Assembly: GCA_019038745.1 (NCBI GenBank)
Contig: JAHOYV010000046.1
Span: forward strand, 32,431-96,430
Length of the DNA stretch: 64,000 nt
Direction of reading: 5' to 3'
From: Gemmatimonadales bacterium
Lineage (GTDB): Bacteria > Krumholzibacteriota > Krumholzibacteriia > LZORAL124-64-63
Numbering within the stretch: position 1 is the first letter of the stretch; the number at the start of each line of letters is the position of its first letter. The position numbers and the translations under genes were made by a program. Below, piece after piece: positions 26,619 through 38,089 of the stretch. Below the pieces are notes generated by a model. It worked only from the letters and a program-made list of their open reading frames with translations. It ran no database searches and had not been told where the DNA came from.

Positions 26619-28678
26619 TGAAGTTCCTGGACTGGACAATCGTCTTGGCCATGTACGCCGGCATCGTTCTCACGGTGGTGCTGACCAAACGATACATGCG
26701 CGGGGTAACCGACTACCTGGCTGCCGGGCGATCCGCAGGACGTTATCTGCTGACCATCTCGGCCGGGATCGCCGGGCTGGGCGCGATCACCGTAGTGGCC
26801 AACCTGGAAATGGGATACGAAGCCGGCTTCGCCCTGGGCTGGTGGGGCTTGACCATGGCCCTGTTCCAGGTCTTCGTTACCGTCAGCGGCTGGGTCAATT
26901 ACCGCTTCCGCCGAACCCGCTCACTGACCCTTGCCGAATTCTTCGAGCGCCGCTACAGCCGACGATTCAGGATCTTCGCCGGTTCCGTCGCCTTCGTGGC
27001 CGGCCTGATCAACTTCGGCATCTTTCCCTCGGTGGGCGCCCGTTTTTTCATTCACTTTCTCGGCCTGCCCGAAACCTGGGCCCTGGGCCCCCTCGTATTG
27101 CCAGTCTTCCCCACCCTGATGGCGGGTCTGTTGATTACCGCCGTCTACTTCGTCTTCGCCGGCGGCCAGGTGGCGGTCATGATCACCGACTTCATCCAGG
27201 GGGCCTTTGCCAATATCGTCTTCCTGGTCCTGGCGGTGTACCTCCTGCTGTACGTGGGTTGGGGCGATGTGGGAGAAGTGCTTTCCCAAACTCCGGCCGG
27301 GCACTCGAAAATCAATCCGTTCGACACCGGGTTCGTCGAGGATTTCAATTTCAAATATTTTTTAATCGGCGTCCTAGGATTGTTTTACGGTGCCATGTCC
27401 TGGCAGGGCACACAAGCCTACAACAGCTCCGCGAAAACAGCCCACGAGGGCAAGATGGGCGGCGTCCTGGGCCTGTGGCGCGGCCGCTCCCAGGATGTGT
27501 TCATGACCCTGGTTCCCATCCTTGTCTTCACAGTGATGCATCATTCCAACTGGGCCGGTTTCGCTTCGGGCATCAGTGATCAATTGGCCGGAATCGACAA
27601 CGAGGCTGTGCGCAACCAGATGCGCGCCCCTCTGGTTTTGGCCGCCCTGTTGCCGGTGGGTCTGTTGGGAGCCTTCGCCGCCCTGATGCTCGGCGCCTTC
27701 ATCAGCACACACAATACCTACCTGCATTCATGGAGCAGCATCTTCATCCAGGATGTGGTGATCCCCTTCCGCAAGACACCCCTCTCTCCCGGGGCCCACC
27801 TGATGTTACTGCGCGGCGGAGTGATCGGCGTGGCAATATTCATATTCATCTTCAGCCTGTTCTACAAACAGACCCAAGCGATCATGCTGTTCTTCGCCCT
27901 TACCGCGGCCATTTTTGCCGGTTGGTCGGGGGCCGTCATCATCGGCGGTTTGTACACACGCTGGGGTACGACGGCAGGTGCCTGGGCAGCAACCCTCTCC
28001 GGAGTCACCTTGGCCGTCACGGGATTCATCCTGGAACAGGCCCAACGCTCGTGGGATGAATCGGCCGTCGCCTTCTGGGGAATCCTTGATTTTCTGGGCA
28101 CTGCCCGTGCCGAGAACGGGGCAATCTGGGTCGATGCGAATCTCCCCAACGGCCAGGAATTGTGGGGCTGGGCCATGTGGATGTGCGCCGTGATCTACGT
28201 GGCCGTTTCCTGGGGGGAGCAGGCCTTGCGTCGCCGGATGTTCGACCTGGACCGGCTACTGCACCGCGGCGAGTATGAAATCGTCGGCGAAACCGAGGGG
28301 AACACCAAAATCGTCAACCGCGGCTGGAGGGCCCTCGGCATAACCAGCGAATTCGGTCGTCGAGATCGCTTCCTGTATCTGCTGACCTGGGGCTGGAATA
28401 TCACCTGGGTGCTCATCTTCATCGCCGGCACGGTTTTCTTCCTTACCCGGCATATCGAAGGCGGCGACTGGTCCCGCTGGGATTTTCTCTGGCTCGATTT
28501 CTGGCACACCAAGATCTGGATCGAACTGGCCGTGGCCGTGGTTGTGATCGTATGGTTCACTTGGGGTGGAGTCCGCGATGTGAAACGATTATTACGGGAC
28601 CTGTCCTCGCGACCCGTCGATGAGAGTGACGATGGGTTTGTGGATGCACGTGCCGAGGAAGATTCTGCAGATTCGTAA
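26618..28678 (+). CDS. Sodium:solute symporter family transporter
   Basis: DYLAAGRS, TLAEFFERRYS, AVMITDFIQG; more than 12 TM helices. Confidence 0.88.
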   Translation: MKFLDWTIVLAMYAGIVLTVVLTKRYMRGVTDYLAAGRSAGRYLLTISAGIAGLGAITVVANLEMGYEAGFALGWWGLTMALFQVFVTVSGWVNYRFRRTRSLTLAEFFERRYSRRFRIFAGSVAFVAGLINFGIFPSVGARFFIHFLGLPETWALGPLVLPVFPTLMAGLLITAVYFVFAGGQVAVMITDFIQGAFANIVFLVLAVYLLLYVGWGDVGEVLSQTPAGHSKINPFDTGFVEDFNFKYFLIGVLGLFYGAMSWQGTQAYNSSAKTAHEGKMGGVLGLWRGRSQDVFMTLVPILVFTVMHHSNWAGFASGISDQLAGIDNEAVRNQMRAPLVLAALLPVGLLGAFAALMLGAFISTHNTYLHSWSSIFIQDVVIPFRKTPLSPGAHLMLLRGGVIGVAIFIFIFSLFYKQTQAIMLFFALTAAIFAGWSGAVIIGGLYTRWGTTAGAWAATLSGVTLAVTGFILEQAQRSWDESAVAFWGILDFLGTARAENGAIWVDANLPNGQELWGWAMWMCAVIYVAVSWGEQALRRRMFDLDRLLHRGEYEIVGETEGNTKIVNRGWRALGITSEFGRRDRFLYLLTWGWNITWVLIFIAGTVFFLTRHIEGGDWSRWDFLWLDFWHTKIWIELAVAVVVIVWFTWGGVRDVKRLLRDLSSRPVDESDDGFVDARAEEDSADS

Positions 28679-28907
28679 AGAGGGTTGCGGGGATTTTGGC
28701 TGTAATTTCTTCCCCCCAGGGAAGCATTCCTGCACAAAATTCAGATCGGGCCAACCCTGAAACCCAGAACACCCTCTATATATTTGGTACAGATGTCGTG
28801 GTATTTTTTGTTGGTTGTTTTTGTTTCCAAAAATAGAAAAAATCCTATCATCCTTAGAATAACAGAACAAGGCAAAAGGCTCTAAATCACTTTATGCCTG
28901 GAGAAAC

Positions 28908-31115
28908 ATGTTAGAATCCAATCTCTCCCAAAACGATTCCTCCTTTGACCCCAGTCGGCTGATCAGGCGCCGAATGCGTTTGATTTTCTCTCTCGTGATT
29001 ACAGTTGGACTGGTCATTGGGCTGGCCATGACCTTCGTCATGAGGATGAGCAACAACCTGGCCAAGGTTCACTCCAGACACTTGGCCGCCGTTCACGGAA
29101 TCCAGCTCGACGTGACCCTGGCCCACCTTTGGTTCGAGGAGATCCTGAACGGGGATGAAAATGTGGACATCGAAGAGGTTTGGCGATACTTCGAACAGAC
29201 TCGGGGCCATGTTCTCGCCATGCTCAATGGAGCGGAAATGCCCTATGGAACCGTCACCCCCGTGGAGGACCCGCTGTTTCGAAAACAACTCGGGGATGTC
29301 CTGAATCAATTGATTAACTACGAGGAAACAGCCTTAAAGCGATTCGAAGCCGGAACCTCGGCATCGTCCGGTTCTGAACTCGACCAGGCTTTCGACCTTT
29401 TTTTCGAGAACTTTCTGACCCAGACCCACCTTTTGAATGATGAACTGAATTCCCAAATCAAACGGGAAATACGGAATTTCAGAATTGTGCAGTTAGCCAT
29501 GCTGGTCTTTTTCATCGCTTTGGCCGTCGGACTCCTGACCGCCGCCTTTCGATATGAAAAAGGCAGAGTAGAGGCCACCCGGCTTCTCGCAGCCAGCGAA
29601 AAACGATACCGCTCCTTCTTCGAAGCCGCCATCGAGGGCATTATCATTGCCGACCTGAAGGACTTCACCTTCAAATACGCCAATCCCGCCATTTGTGAAA
29701 TGCTGGGCTACACTTCCGAGGAATTGATGCGGACTCGGGTCATGGACATTCACCCGAAATCCGAATGGGAGGAAATCGCAGACCTTTTCCAGAAGAACGC
29801 CCAGAATAAAAAAACTGCCGCCATGGATCTCCCCTGCCTACGCAAGGACGGCTCTGTTTTTCATGCCGAAATCAGGTCCGGTCTGGTGGAGATCGAAGGC
29901 CGGGCACATAGCATCGGTTTCTTCACCGACCTGACCGAACGCCGGCAGGTCCAGGAGGAAAAGGAAAAGCTGGAAACCCAGCTGCGGCAGGCCCAGAAGA
30001 TGCAAGCGGTGGGGAATCTGGCCGGTGGCATCGCCCACGATTTCAACAACCTGTTGCAGGCTATTCTCGGCTATTCGGAGCTCATGCTGGAAAATGAAAA
30101 CCTGCCTGCGGAGTGCAATCAGGATCTGCAAAAAATCCAACAAGCCGCCGAAAGAGCCGCTGACCTGACGAGGCAATTGCTGACTTTCAGCCGCCGCCAG
30201 CTCATTTCGCCCAAGGACATCAATCTAAATCAGGTTATCACTGAAGCCCTGCAAATGCTGGAGCGACTGATCGGCGCGGGAATCGAATTGCAGAGGATTG
30301 CCGGCCACAACCTGGGAACCGTCTGTGTCGACCGCAGCCAGTTGGAACAAATCTTCATGAACCTTTGTCTGAACGCCCGTGACGCCATGAACGGCAAGGG
30401 GACCCTGACCATCGAGACCGAAAACGTGGTTTTGGATTCGGCATACTGCCAGGATCACCCCTGGGCCCAACCCGGTCGGTTCGTATTACTCAGTATAACG
30501 GACACCGGTATGGGCATGGACAAGGAAACCCTCAAGCAGATTTTCGAACCGTTCTTCACGACCAAGGAAATTGGCAAGGGAACCGGGCTGGGATTGGCCA
30601 CCGTCTACGGCATCGTCAAACAGAATTCCGGAATGGTCCACGTGTACAGCGAGGCAGGACACGGGACCACCTTCAAGATATACTTTCCCCTGGTCGAGCG
30701 GCCCGCCCTGGAAGTGGGCAATAAGATCAACGCCCCGGTCCGTGGCGGGGACGAAACCATCCTCCTGGCCGAAGACGATCCCGGTGTTTTGGGTCTTGCC
30801 ACCCGGATCCTGCAGGATGCCGGTTACCGGGTCTTGTCGGCCCAAGATGGGGAAAAGGCCTTGGAAATATTCCGCGCCAACCCCGATGCCATGGATCTGG
30901 CCCTGCTGGATGTGGTGATGCCTAAACTCGGCGGGCGTGAGGTCCAGAAGGAAATCCAAAGGACCAAGCCCGACTTCAAGGTGGTCTTTGCCAGCGGTTA
31001 CAGCGAGAATGCCATCCACACCGATTTTATTCTGGATAAAGGCAATATCCTGGTCCAGAAACCCTACCGCAGAAATGATCTGCTGAACAAGATCAGACAG
31101 ATGCTGGATTCCTGA
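28908..31115 (+). CDS. Hybrid sensor histidine kinase (2 TM, PAS, HisKA, HATPase, REC)
   Basis: [12 protein letters not shown]-box, NARDAM, EPFFTTK, GTGLGL, C-terminal receiver LLDVVMP. Confidence 0.95.
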   Translation: MLESNLSQNDSSFDPSRLIRRRMRLIFSLVITVGLVIGLAMTFVMRMSNNLAKVHSRHLAAVHGIQLDVTLAHLWFEEILNGDENVDIEEVWRYFEQTRGHVLAMLNGAEMPYGTVTPVEDPLFRKQLGDVLNQLINYEETALKRFEAGTSASSGSELDQAFDLFFENFLTQTHLLNDELNSQIKREIRNFRIVQLAMLVFFIALAVGLLTAAFRYEKGRVEATRLLAASEKRYRSFFEAAIEGIIIADLKDFTFKYANPAICEMLGYTSEELMRTRVMDIHPKSEWEEIADLFQKNAQNKKTAAMDLPCLRKDGSVFHAEIRSGLVEIEGRAHSIGFFTDLTERRQVQEEKEKLETQLRQAQKMQAVGNLAGGIAHDFNNLLQAILGYSELMLENENLPAECNQDLQKIQQAAERAADLTRQLLTFSRRQLISPKDINLNQVITEALQMLERLIGAGIELQRIAGHNLGTVCVDRSQLEQIFMNLCLNARDAMNGKGTLTIETENVVLDSAYCQDHPWAQPGRFVLLSITDTGMGMDKETLKQIFEPFFTTKEIGKGTGLGLATVYGIVKQNSGMVHVYSEAGHGTTFKIYFPLVERPALEVGNKINAPVRGGDETILLAEDDPGVLGLATRILQDAGYRVLSAQDGEKALEIFRANPDAMDLALLDVVMPKLGGREVQKEIQRTKPDFKVVFASGYSENAIHTDFILDKGNILVQKPYRRNDLLNKIRQMLDS

Positions 31116-31133
31116 TTGTAGCCGGCGCCCGAT

Positions 31134-31772
31134 TCATTTCCTGCGCTTCTCAGCGAATTTCTGGCGGAACTTCTTCAATTTCGGATCAATGACCGTCCGG
31201 CAGTACCCTTGCGCCCGATTGCGTTGGTAATAATCCTGATGATACTCCTCGGCCTTGTAGAACTTTAAAAACGGCGCAACCTCGGTCACCACCGGGCTGG
31301 AATAAACATGCTCCTTCTCCAAGGCCGTGATGACTTCCCGCGCTTCCTGCTCCTGGGCAGAGGAATGGGTAAAGATAGCCGACCGGTACTGGCTCCCCAC
31401 ATCCGCACCCTGTCGGTTCAATGTGGTCGGATCATGGATCGTGAAGAAGGCAGCCAGCAATTCACGGTAAGTGGTGATTGTTGGATCGAAGGTAACCTGG
31501 ATTACCTCGGCGTGCCCGGTTGAACCGGAACAGACCTCTTGATAAGTAGGATCTGGGTTATCCCCGCCGGCGTACCCCGAAGCCACTGAATGGACCCCTT
31601 CCATCTCCATGAAAATCGCCTCCAGGCACCAGAAACAACCGCCGCCCAGGGTGGCGGTCTCCCTGTTGACTGATTCAGTGGACTGCTTGGTTTCGGGCAT
31701 CGCGAAAACACCTCCGACGATTATCGATACCCCGAGTAGGGTAATCGCCATGATGAATATCCTGTTGTTCAT
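31134..31772 (-). CDS. msrA: Peptide-methionine (S)-S-oxide reductase with signal-like N-terminus
   Basis: GGGCFWC, TGHAEV, AEEYHQDYY motifs. Confidence 0.95.
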   Translation of the reverse strand: MNNRIFIMAITLLGVSIIVGGVFAMPETKQSTESVNRETATLGGGCFWCLEAIFMEMEGVHSVASGYAGGDNPDPTYQEVCSGSTGHAEVIQVTFDPTITTYRELLAAFFTIHDPTTLNRQGADVGSQYRSAIFTHSSAQEQEAREVITALEKEHVYSSPVVTEVAPFLKFYKAEEYHQDYYQRNRAQGYCRTVIDPKLKKFRQKFAEKRRK

Positions 31773-31878
31773 GGTTTTTTTCCGCCCTATGGTGCTGGCT
31801 GATTGTGTAAAGCATATTGCGTTCCGGTTGCGAACCCAACCACTTTTCGATTACTATCGATAGAGGGGGTAGGTAGTC

Positions 31879-32649
31879 ATGCGACCTTTTATACTGCCAT
31901 TCAAGCAGACCATCCCGGGTCACCAAGTTCTGGCGGGGCTAATCATGCTCGGAGTCATTCTCTTTCCATTCGACTCTTGCGGCGGGGATTACTCCGGCCC
32001 CCATCAACGTATGATGCTGGCCATCCATCGTGATGTGGCCCGTAACAGTCAGGTGCTCGGCCGAGACAATCTGTCGGACGAGGTGGCCCGAGCAATGGCC
32101 CGAGTCGAACGTCATCTCTTTGTCCCTCTCGAGTTGCGGAGCAATGCTTACGCCAACAGTCCCTTGCCCATCGGGCACGGTCAGACGATCAGCCAACCCA
32201 CCATCGTGGCCATGATGACCGATCTACTGGCCCTCAGTCCTGCCGACACGGTGCTGGAGATCGGAACGGGTTCCGGCTACCAGGCTGCCGTGTTGGCCGA
32301 GATTGTACCCGGGGGAATCGTCCACACCATCGAGATCGTCCCGGAGCTGGCGCGGTCTGCACGTAACCGCCTGGCCACCCTGGGTTACGACAACATAGAG
32401 GTACATGAGGGTGACGGCTACCTGGGGCTGCCCGATCAAGCCCCCTTCACCGGTATCATGGTCACCGCCGCGGCATCGGAAATTCCCGAGCCGCTTATCC
32501 AGCAATTGGCCCCCGGCGGCCGTCTGGTCATGCCGGTCGGCCCTCACGGAGAAACACAGTATCTGACTCTCCTGAGCAAGAACAATGAAGGTCAGGTCAC
32601 TGAAAAAGTGGTCCTCGCCGTACGTTTCGTACCGCTTGTGCGACGCTGA
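31879..32649 (+). CDS. pcm: Protein-L-isoaspartate O-methyltransferase
   Basis: LPIGHGQTISQP, VLEIGTGSGYQAA, VRFVPL; start uncertain. Confidence 0.93.
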   Translation: MRPFILPFKQTIPGHQVLAGLIMLGVILFPFDSCGGDYSGPHQRMMLAIHRDVARNSQVLGRDNLSDEVARAMARVERHLFVPLELRSNAYANSPLPIGHGQTISQPTIVAMMTDLLALSPADTVLEIGTGSGYQAAVLAEIVPGGIVHTIEIVPELARSARNRLATLGYDNIEVHEGDGYLGLPDQAPFTGIMVTAAASEIPEPLIQQLAPGGRLVMPVGPHGETQYLTLLSKNNEGQVTEKVVLAVRFVPLVRR

Positions 32650-32816
32650 TCCAACCCATGTCCCCTTCACCGGAGCCGGGTGGATCGCCCAAAAAAATCG
32701 CCGTAAAAATGCTTCCGGGTTGAGGAAATCCCTCCCGTTTGTTACTTATTGGCCGACCCTCAAGCGGCCGGCGATCTCGCCGGTTGCACTCCCCTCCTCA
32801 ACCCGGGAAGGGCCCA

Positions 32817-34682
32817 ATGCAGCACGATGCCATCGCCGTCATCGATTTCGGCGGCCAGTACGCCCATCTGATCGCCACCAAAGTTCGCCGTGCCAACGTG
32901 TTGGCCGAGATCCGCCAGCCGGAGGACCCCATCGAGGCCTTCGCCGATTACCGTGGGATCATTCTCAGCGGCAGCCCCTCCCTGGCCTCTTTCGGCGAGG
33001 ATTCCGGTTACAACAAGGCAATCTACGACCTGGATGTGCCCATCCTGGGCTTTTGCTTTGGTCACCAGGAGATCGCAAAACACTACGGCGGACAAGTTGT
33101 CCATGGCAAGCAGGAGTGGGGACACGCAAACCTTCACATCGCCCGCGAACACGAACTCTTTGCCGGCTTGGAAAAAGTTGAGCAGGTCTGGATGAGCCAC
33201 TTTGATTCGGTGACTGGAATCGGGCCTGATTTCGAGGAACTGGGTTACAGTGTGCTGGGTGGGAACGACAGTCAAACCGAAGGCGCCGCCCCCCACCGCT
33301 ACGCCGCCATCGGATCAGACAAATTGCGCCGCTACGGATTCCAGTTTCACCCCGAGGTCGACGACACCCTGCACGGCGATGAAATGATCGCCAACTTCGT
33401 GTTGAGGATCTGCGGCTGCGAACCAACCTGGACCATGGACAGCTACGTGCAGGAGCAAGTGGAGAAAATCCGCACCCAGGTCGGTGACGGCTCGGTCTTT
33501 CTGCTGGCCAGCGGCGGCGTGGATTCCACGGTGGCCGCCAAGCTTTTCGGCGAGGCCCTGGGCCCCGATCGCATGCACTTACTGCACGTGGACAACGGCC
33601 TGATGCGCAAGGATGAATCGGCTGCGGTCATAGAGATGTTCAACGAACTGGGCCTCGGCGAAAACTTCCACTTCATCAACGCCACCGATTCCTTCCTGAC
33701 CGCCATGGAGGGAAAGATCGACCCGGAGGACAAGCGCCGCGCCATCGGCGACACCTTCATCAGTGTCTTCGAGAGCGAGGCCCGACGACTGGGCATTGAG
33801 GACCACTTGCTGGGCCAGGGCACCATCTATCCCGACACTATCGAGAGCGGGGCAACGAAACGCGCCGACACGATCAAGACCCACCACAACCGCGTGCCGA
33901 TCATCGAGGAGATGATCGCCGCCGGGAAGGTGATCGAACCACTGGCCGACTTGTACAAGGTCGAGGTCCGTGAACTGGGAGAATTGCTGGGTATCCCCCA
34001 CGATATGATCTGGCGGCATCCCTTCCCCGGGCCCGGCTTGGGCATCCGGCTTCTGTGCTCCGATGGCCGGATAGAGGGCAAGGAACAACTCGCGGACATC
34101 AATACCGCTGTTGCTGCCGCCGCGGCGGAGTATGGGTTGAAAGCCACTGCCCTTCCCATCAAATCGGTGGGCGTGAAGGCGGATCTGCGGAGCTACGAAC
34201 ACCCGGTGCTGCTCCAGGGAGGATTCGACGCCGAAGCCGGCGGCGAACCCGATTGGGACAAACTTCAAGAGGCTGCCGGCACCATCTTCAAAACCGTTGG
34301 CGGAATCAACCGCGCGCTGTGGAACCTGGGCGACCGCCTGCCGCAGAACTTCATTCTCCAGTCGGCCGCCATGACTAGCGAACGGCTGGGCCTGTTGCGC
34401 GAATGCGACCACCTGATGATGGAGGGTCTGCGGCGACATGATTTGTATGGCCGTATTTGGCAATGTCCGACCGTATTGGTGCCCCTGGAAATCGACGGCG
34501 TCGGCAGGGAGCTTTGCATCCTGCGTCCCATCCACAGCGAACGGGCCATGACCGCCACGGCGGCCCGTTTGCCCGCCGGGTTACTGCATGAGTTGAGTGC
34601 GTCGATCACTGCCCTGCCCGGCATCAGCGGCCTGGCCTACGATCTAACCAGCAAACCGCCCGGAACCATCGAATGGGAGTGA
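32817..34682 (+). CDS. guaA: GMP synthase (glutamine-hydrolysing)
   Basis: IDFGGQY, FQFHPEV, SGGVDST, QGTIYPD, IKTHHN, RHPFPGPGLG, KPPGTIEWE. Confidence 0.96.
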   Translation: MQHDAIAVIDFGGQYAHLIATKVRRANVLAEIRQPEDPIEAFADYRGIILSGSPSLASFGEDSGYNKAIYDLDVPILGFCFGHQEIAKHYGGQVVHGKQEWGHANLHIAREHELFAGLEKVEQVWMSHFDSVTGIGPDFEELGYSVLGGNDSQTEGAAPHRYAAIGSDKLRRYGFQFHPEVDDTLHGDEMIANFVLRICGCEPTWTMDSYVQEQVEKIRTQVGDGSVFLLASGGVDSTVAAKLFGEALGPDRMHLLHVDNGLMRKDESAAVIEMFNELGLGENFHFINATDSFLTAMEGKIDPEDKRRAIGDTFISVFESEARRLGIEDHLLGQGTIYPDTIESGATKRADTIKTHHNRVPIIEEMIAAGKVIEPLADLYKVEVRELGELLGIPHDMIWRHPFPGPGLGIRLLCSDGRIEGKEQLADINTAVAAAAAEYGLKATALPIKSVGVKADLRSYEHPVLLQGGFDAEAGGEPDWDKLQEAAGTIFKTVGGINRALWNLGDRLPQNFILQSAAMTSERLGLLRECDHLMMEGLRRHDLYGRIWQCPTVLVPLEIDGVGRELCILRPIHSERAMTATAARLPAGLLHELSASITALPGISGLAYDLTSKPPGTIEWE

Positions 34683-34689
34683 TCCGTAA

Positions 34690-35709
34690 ATGAAGAATCC
34701 TTGGCATAACCACACCCTGGCCCGAGAACTGGACCTGGGCATCGCCGCCGTCGCCGAGGCCGGATTATTGTGCCGCGCCGTCCAGGACCGAATCGATCCC
34801 GGGGCCCTGCAGAAAAAGGACCGCAGCCCCGTCACCGTAGCCGACTTCGGCAGTCAGGCCCTGATCTGCCGTACTCTGGGCGAGGTGTTTCCCGACGACC
34901 CGGTGATCGGGGAAGAGGACTCGGCCGCCTTGCGCGAGGCCGGCAACGAGACCCTGGCCGGATGGGTGGTAAAACACGTGACCCAGCACTTGCCCGGACA
35001 CATGGCCCCCGACCTGGACCAGGTCTGCGCCTGGATCGACCGCGGCAACGCCAAGGACTACTCCCCTCGTTTCTGGACCCTCGACCCGATCGACGGTACC
35101 AAAGGGTTCCTGCGCAAGCAGCAGTACGCCATCTCCCTGGCCTTGATCATTGAGGGGGAAATCGAAGCCGCCATTGTGGGCTGCCCCAACCTGGGCGAAA
35201 GCCTGACCGGGGACCGAGGCACGGGCACACTCTACGCAGCCATTCGGGGCCAGGGCGCCTGGCAGCTGCCCCTTTCCGGTGAAGGAGAACCGGTTCGCGT
35301 GCACGTAAGCAAACAGGTTGATCCGACCCTGATCCGCTTCTGTGAATCGGTGGAAGCCGCCCACTCATCCCACGGGGATGCCGCCCGCATAGCCGAACAT
35401 CTGGCCATCGCCGCCGAGCCCGCCCGGCTGGACAGCCAGGCCAAGTATGCCGTCGTGGCCCGCGGCGAGGCCGAGGCCTATCTGCGCCTACCGCGTGACG
35501 CGGAGTACAAGGAGAAAATCTGGGATCACGCCGGCGGTTTGTTGATCGTCACCGAAGCCGGCGGCAAGGTGACCGACATCAAGGGACGCGAACTCGAATT
35601 CAACCACGGCCATCTGCTGGGAAAAAGCATGGGCGTCATCGTGACCAACGGTCTGGTCCACGATGCGGTGATTGAGGCGATCCGGGAATTGGGAATCGGG
35701 GAGTTCTAA
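34690..35709 (+). CDS. 3'(2'),5'-bisphosphate nucleotidase, HAL2/SAL1-type
   Basis: KKDRSPVTVADFGSQA, WTLDPIDGTKGFLR, DSQAKY, EKIWDHAGG. Confidence 0.92.
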   Translation: MKNPWHNHTLARELDLGIAAVAEAGLLCRAVQDRIDPGALQKKDRSPVTVADFGSQALICRTLGEVFPDDPVIGEEDSAALREAGNETLAGWVVKHVTQHLPGHMAPDLDQVCAWIDRGNAKDYSPRFWTLDPIDGTKGFLRKQQYAISLALIIEGEIEAAIVGCPNLGESLTGDRGTGTLYAAIRGQGAWQLPLSGEGEPVRVHVSKQVDPTLIRFCESVEAAHSSHGDAARIAEHLAIAAEPARLDSQAKYAVVARGEAEAYLRLPRDAEYKEKIWDHAGGLLIVTEAGGKVTDIKGRELEFNHGHLLGKSMGVIVTNGLVHDAVIEAIRELGIGEF

Positions 35710-35732
35710 CCCCCTTCCGGCTAAAGACCGGA

Positions 35733-36593
35733 TCAATGAGACCACTCCGGCCATGAGCACACCGTGACCTCGAGCCCTACGCCCAACCGGGAAACGTGGG
35801 GTGCGACCGTCGTCTGCCTGCCTTCATGGAGTCGCAGTACTCCCTTGGCCACCGACCACCCGTAGAATGACGAAAAAAACACATCGCTGGGCCAGTGCAT
35901 ATTCGAGCGCACCCGCTGAATCCCCACGCTGGCAGCCACCGAATAGGCCAAGACGGTGAAAGCAGGGTGGTCCACGTGATGGCTGAGAATCACCGGTAGT
36001 TGGAAGATGTTGTTGGAGTGTCCGGAAGGAAAAGAAGTCGCGTTATCGACCCCGAATTCCCGGGGACCCAGATCTCCATAAGGACGCTGCCTGCCCACGA
36101 TGTGCTGGATCAGGTTCTTGCCCATGCCCCCGATGTAGTGGCTCTCCAGAATCTGGGCGCATACCAGCGAAAATTTTTCCTGCCGCGTTGCATAGCCCAG
36201 CACCACCCCGCCCATGTACCAGATATTCGTGTTGCCCATGTGTCCGAGGGGTTCGAAGAAATCTCCCGTCTCCCACAGGGGTTTCCACAGATCGGATTCC
36301 TCGTTGCGTTGAACGGCGTCCAGAATTTCCTGATCGTAAGCGTAAATCAATCCCGTTACGGCCAGCACTCCTGACAGCACCGCCGCATCCCTGCCGGACA
36401 TGTGCAGAGGGAAGGTGTAAATGTGGAACGCATCGCCGGCGAAGGTGCGGGTCATGTGTATCAGGTCATTGGGAACTGAATCGGCAGCTTGGGATACGGC
36501 GGGAAGCATGGCCGGAATACTGGCCAGGCTCAGCAACAGTACCCCCAGGGTTTCAAGTCGGAATATTCTTTGTCTTCTGCGCCCGAACACCAA
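35733..36593 (-). CDS. PAP2-family phosphatase-like protein
   Basis: K..VGRQRP, SFPSGH, QRV...HWPSDV motifs; start uncertain. Confidence 0.85.
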   Translation of the reverse strand: MVFGRRRQRIFRLETLGVLLLSLASIPAMLPAVSQAADSVPNDLIHMTRTFAGDAFHIYTFPLHMSGRDAAVLSGVLAVTGLIYAYDQEILDAVQRNEESDLWKPLWETGDFFEPLGHMGNTNIWYMGGVVLGYATRQEKFSLVCAQILESHYIGGMGKNLIQHIVGRQRPYGDLGPREFGVDNATSFPSGHSNNIFQLPVILSHHVDHPAFTVLAYSVAASVGIQRVRSNMHWPSDVFFSSFYGWSVAKGVLRLHEGRQTTVAPHVSRLGVGLEVTVCSWPEWSH

Positions 36594-36802
36594 ATTCCTA
36601 CTTCCGCCAATTCCCCAGGAAGCCCTCTCGCTGTAGAGGTTTGCCCAATATTCTAACTCTTGGAACGACCTGTTTCAACGGGGTATTCTCGTTTTTGGAG
36701 AGGCCAAACGACAACAATTCCCGAGTTGGCAACCCGCCGAACAACTGGCATTATCCAACCCAATGGTGAACTTCGGCTTGAGAACTGGCAGAAAGAAGGC
36801 TC

Positions 36803-38089
36803 ATGATTATCGTCATCGGAGGCGGCCCGGCCGGCTTCTTCGCAGCCACCGCCGCACGCGAGGCCAATCCCGACAAACCGGTGGTCATCCTGGAAAAACA
36901 GGATCGTGTCCTGCGCAAGGTGGCCATCAGCGGAGGCGGCCGTTGCAACCTCACTCATTACTGTGAAAATGCCCGCGAGCTGGCAACCCACTATCCCCGC
37001 GGGGGTCGTGAGCTGATCGGGCCGTTCACGCACTGGGGCGTAGCCGACACCATCGACTGGTTTGCCGGACGCGGTGTCCGCCTGAAAACAGAACCGGACG
37101 GACGGATGTTTCCGGAGTCCAATTCCTCCGCCACCATCGTTGATTGCCTGGGAAGCACCGCCCGCGTTGCTGGAATCGATGTGTTGACCCGGCACCCGGT
37201 AGCCGGAATCGTCCGCCGTAAGAGCGGTGGATTTCTGGTCGAGCTGGCCGACGGAACATCGCTGGAGTGCGACCAGGTTCTAATCGCAACCGGGGGCCGC
37301 ACCGAAAGCCCCGTGGAAAACCGCTCCGTGGATGGGTACACCCTTGCCCGCTCCCTGGGCCACGACCTGATCCAACCGGTGCCGTCCCTGTTCACCTTCA
37401 AGGTGGAGGATTCCCGCTGGACGGAAATGGCCGGTCTGGCTGTTGAAAATGCAAAGATCCGTGCTGTCGGCCCGGATTTGCCCGCCAAGGGGTTTTCCGC
37501 CGAGGGACCCCTGTTGCTTACGCATTGGGGATTGAGTGGCCCGGCTGTGCTGAAGCTGTCGGCAATCGGCGCGCGACGCTTCCATGAAATCGGCTACCGG
37601 TTCGAACTTGGCATCGACTGGCTGCCCGACCGTAAGCAGCCAGCCATTGAAGCCGACCTGCAGGATTGGGCCCATCGGAACGGCAAGAAATCCATGATCT
37701 CCGGCGGGCCGGAAAATCTGCCCCGACGCCTGTGGCAAGCCCTTCTTCAGGTTGCGGGAATTCCCGAAAATTCCAAATGGGCCGAGTTGAGCCGGAAGCA
37801 CCGCAACCTACTCGGGGGGCTGCTCAAAAACACCACGATGCCCATTACGGGAAAAGCCACGAACAAGGAAGAGTTCGTAACCTGCGGGGGCGTACCCCTT
37901 AGCGAAGTTGATCTGCGAACCATGGCCAGCCGGGTCTGCCCGGGACTATTCCTGGCCGGCGAAGTATTGGACATCGACGGGCTCACCGGAGGGTTCAACT
38001 TCCAGGCCGCCTGGACTACAGGTAGGCTGGCTGGCATCGCAATGGCCGGTCTGGGGATTCCAGCCGACGATGAAGGAGACCCATCTTGA
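36803..38089 (+). CDS. HI0933/YhiN-family flavoprotein
   Basis: IGGGPAG, ISGGGRCNLT, THWGLSGP, VTCGGV, GLTGGFNFQAAW. Confidence 0.93.
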   Translation: MIIVIGGGPAGFFAATAAREANPDKPVVILEKQDRVLRKVAISGGGRCNLTHYCENARELATHYPRGGRELIGPFTHWGVADTIDWFAGRGVRLKTEPDGRMFPESNSSATIVDCLGSTARVAGIDVLTRHPVAGIVRRKSGGFLVELADGTSLECDQVLIATGGRTESPVENRSVDGYTLARSLGHDLIQPVPSLFTFKVEDSRWTEMAGLAVENAKIRAVGPDLPAKGFSAEGPLLLTHWGLSGPAVLKLSAIGARRFHEIGYRFELGIDWLPDRKQPAIEADLQDWAHRNGKKSMISGGPENLPRRLWQALLQVAGIPENSKWAELSRKHRNLLGGLLKNTTMPITGKATNKEEFVTCGGVPLSEVDLRTMASRVCPGLFLAGEVLDIDGLTGGFNFQAAWTTGRLAGIAMAGLGIPADDEGDPS

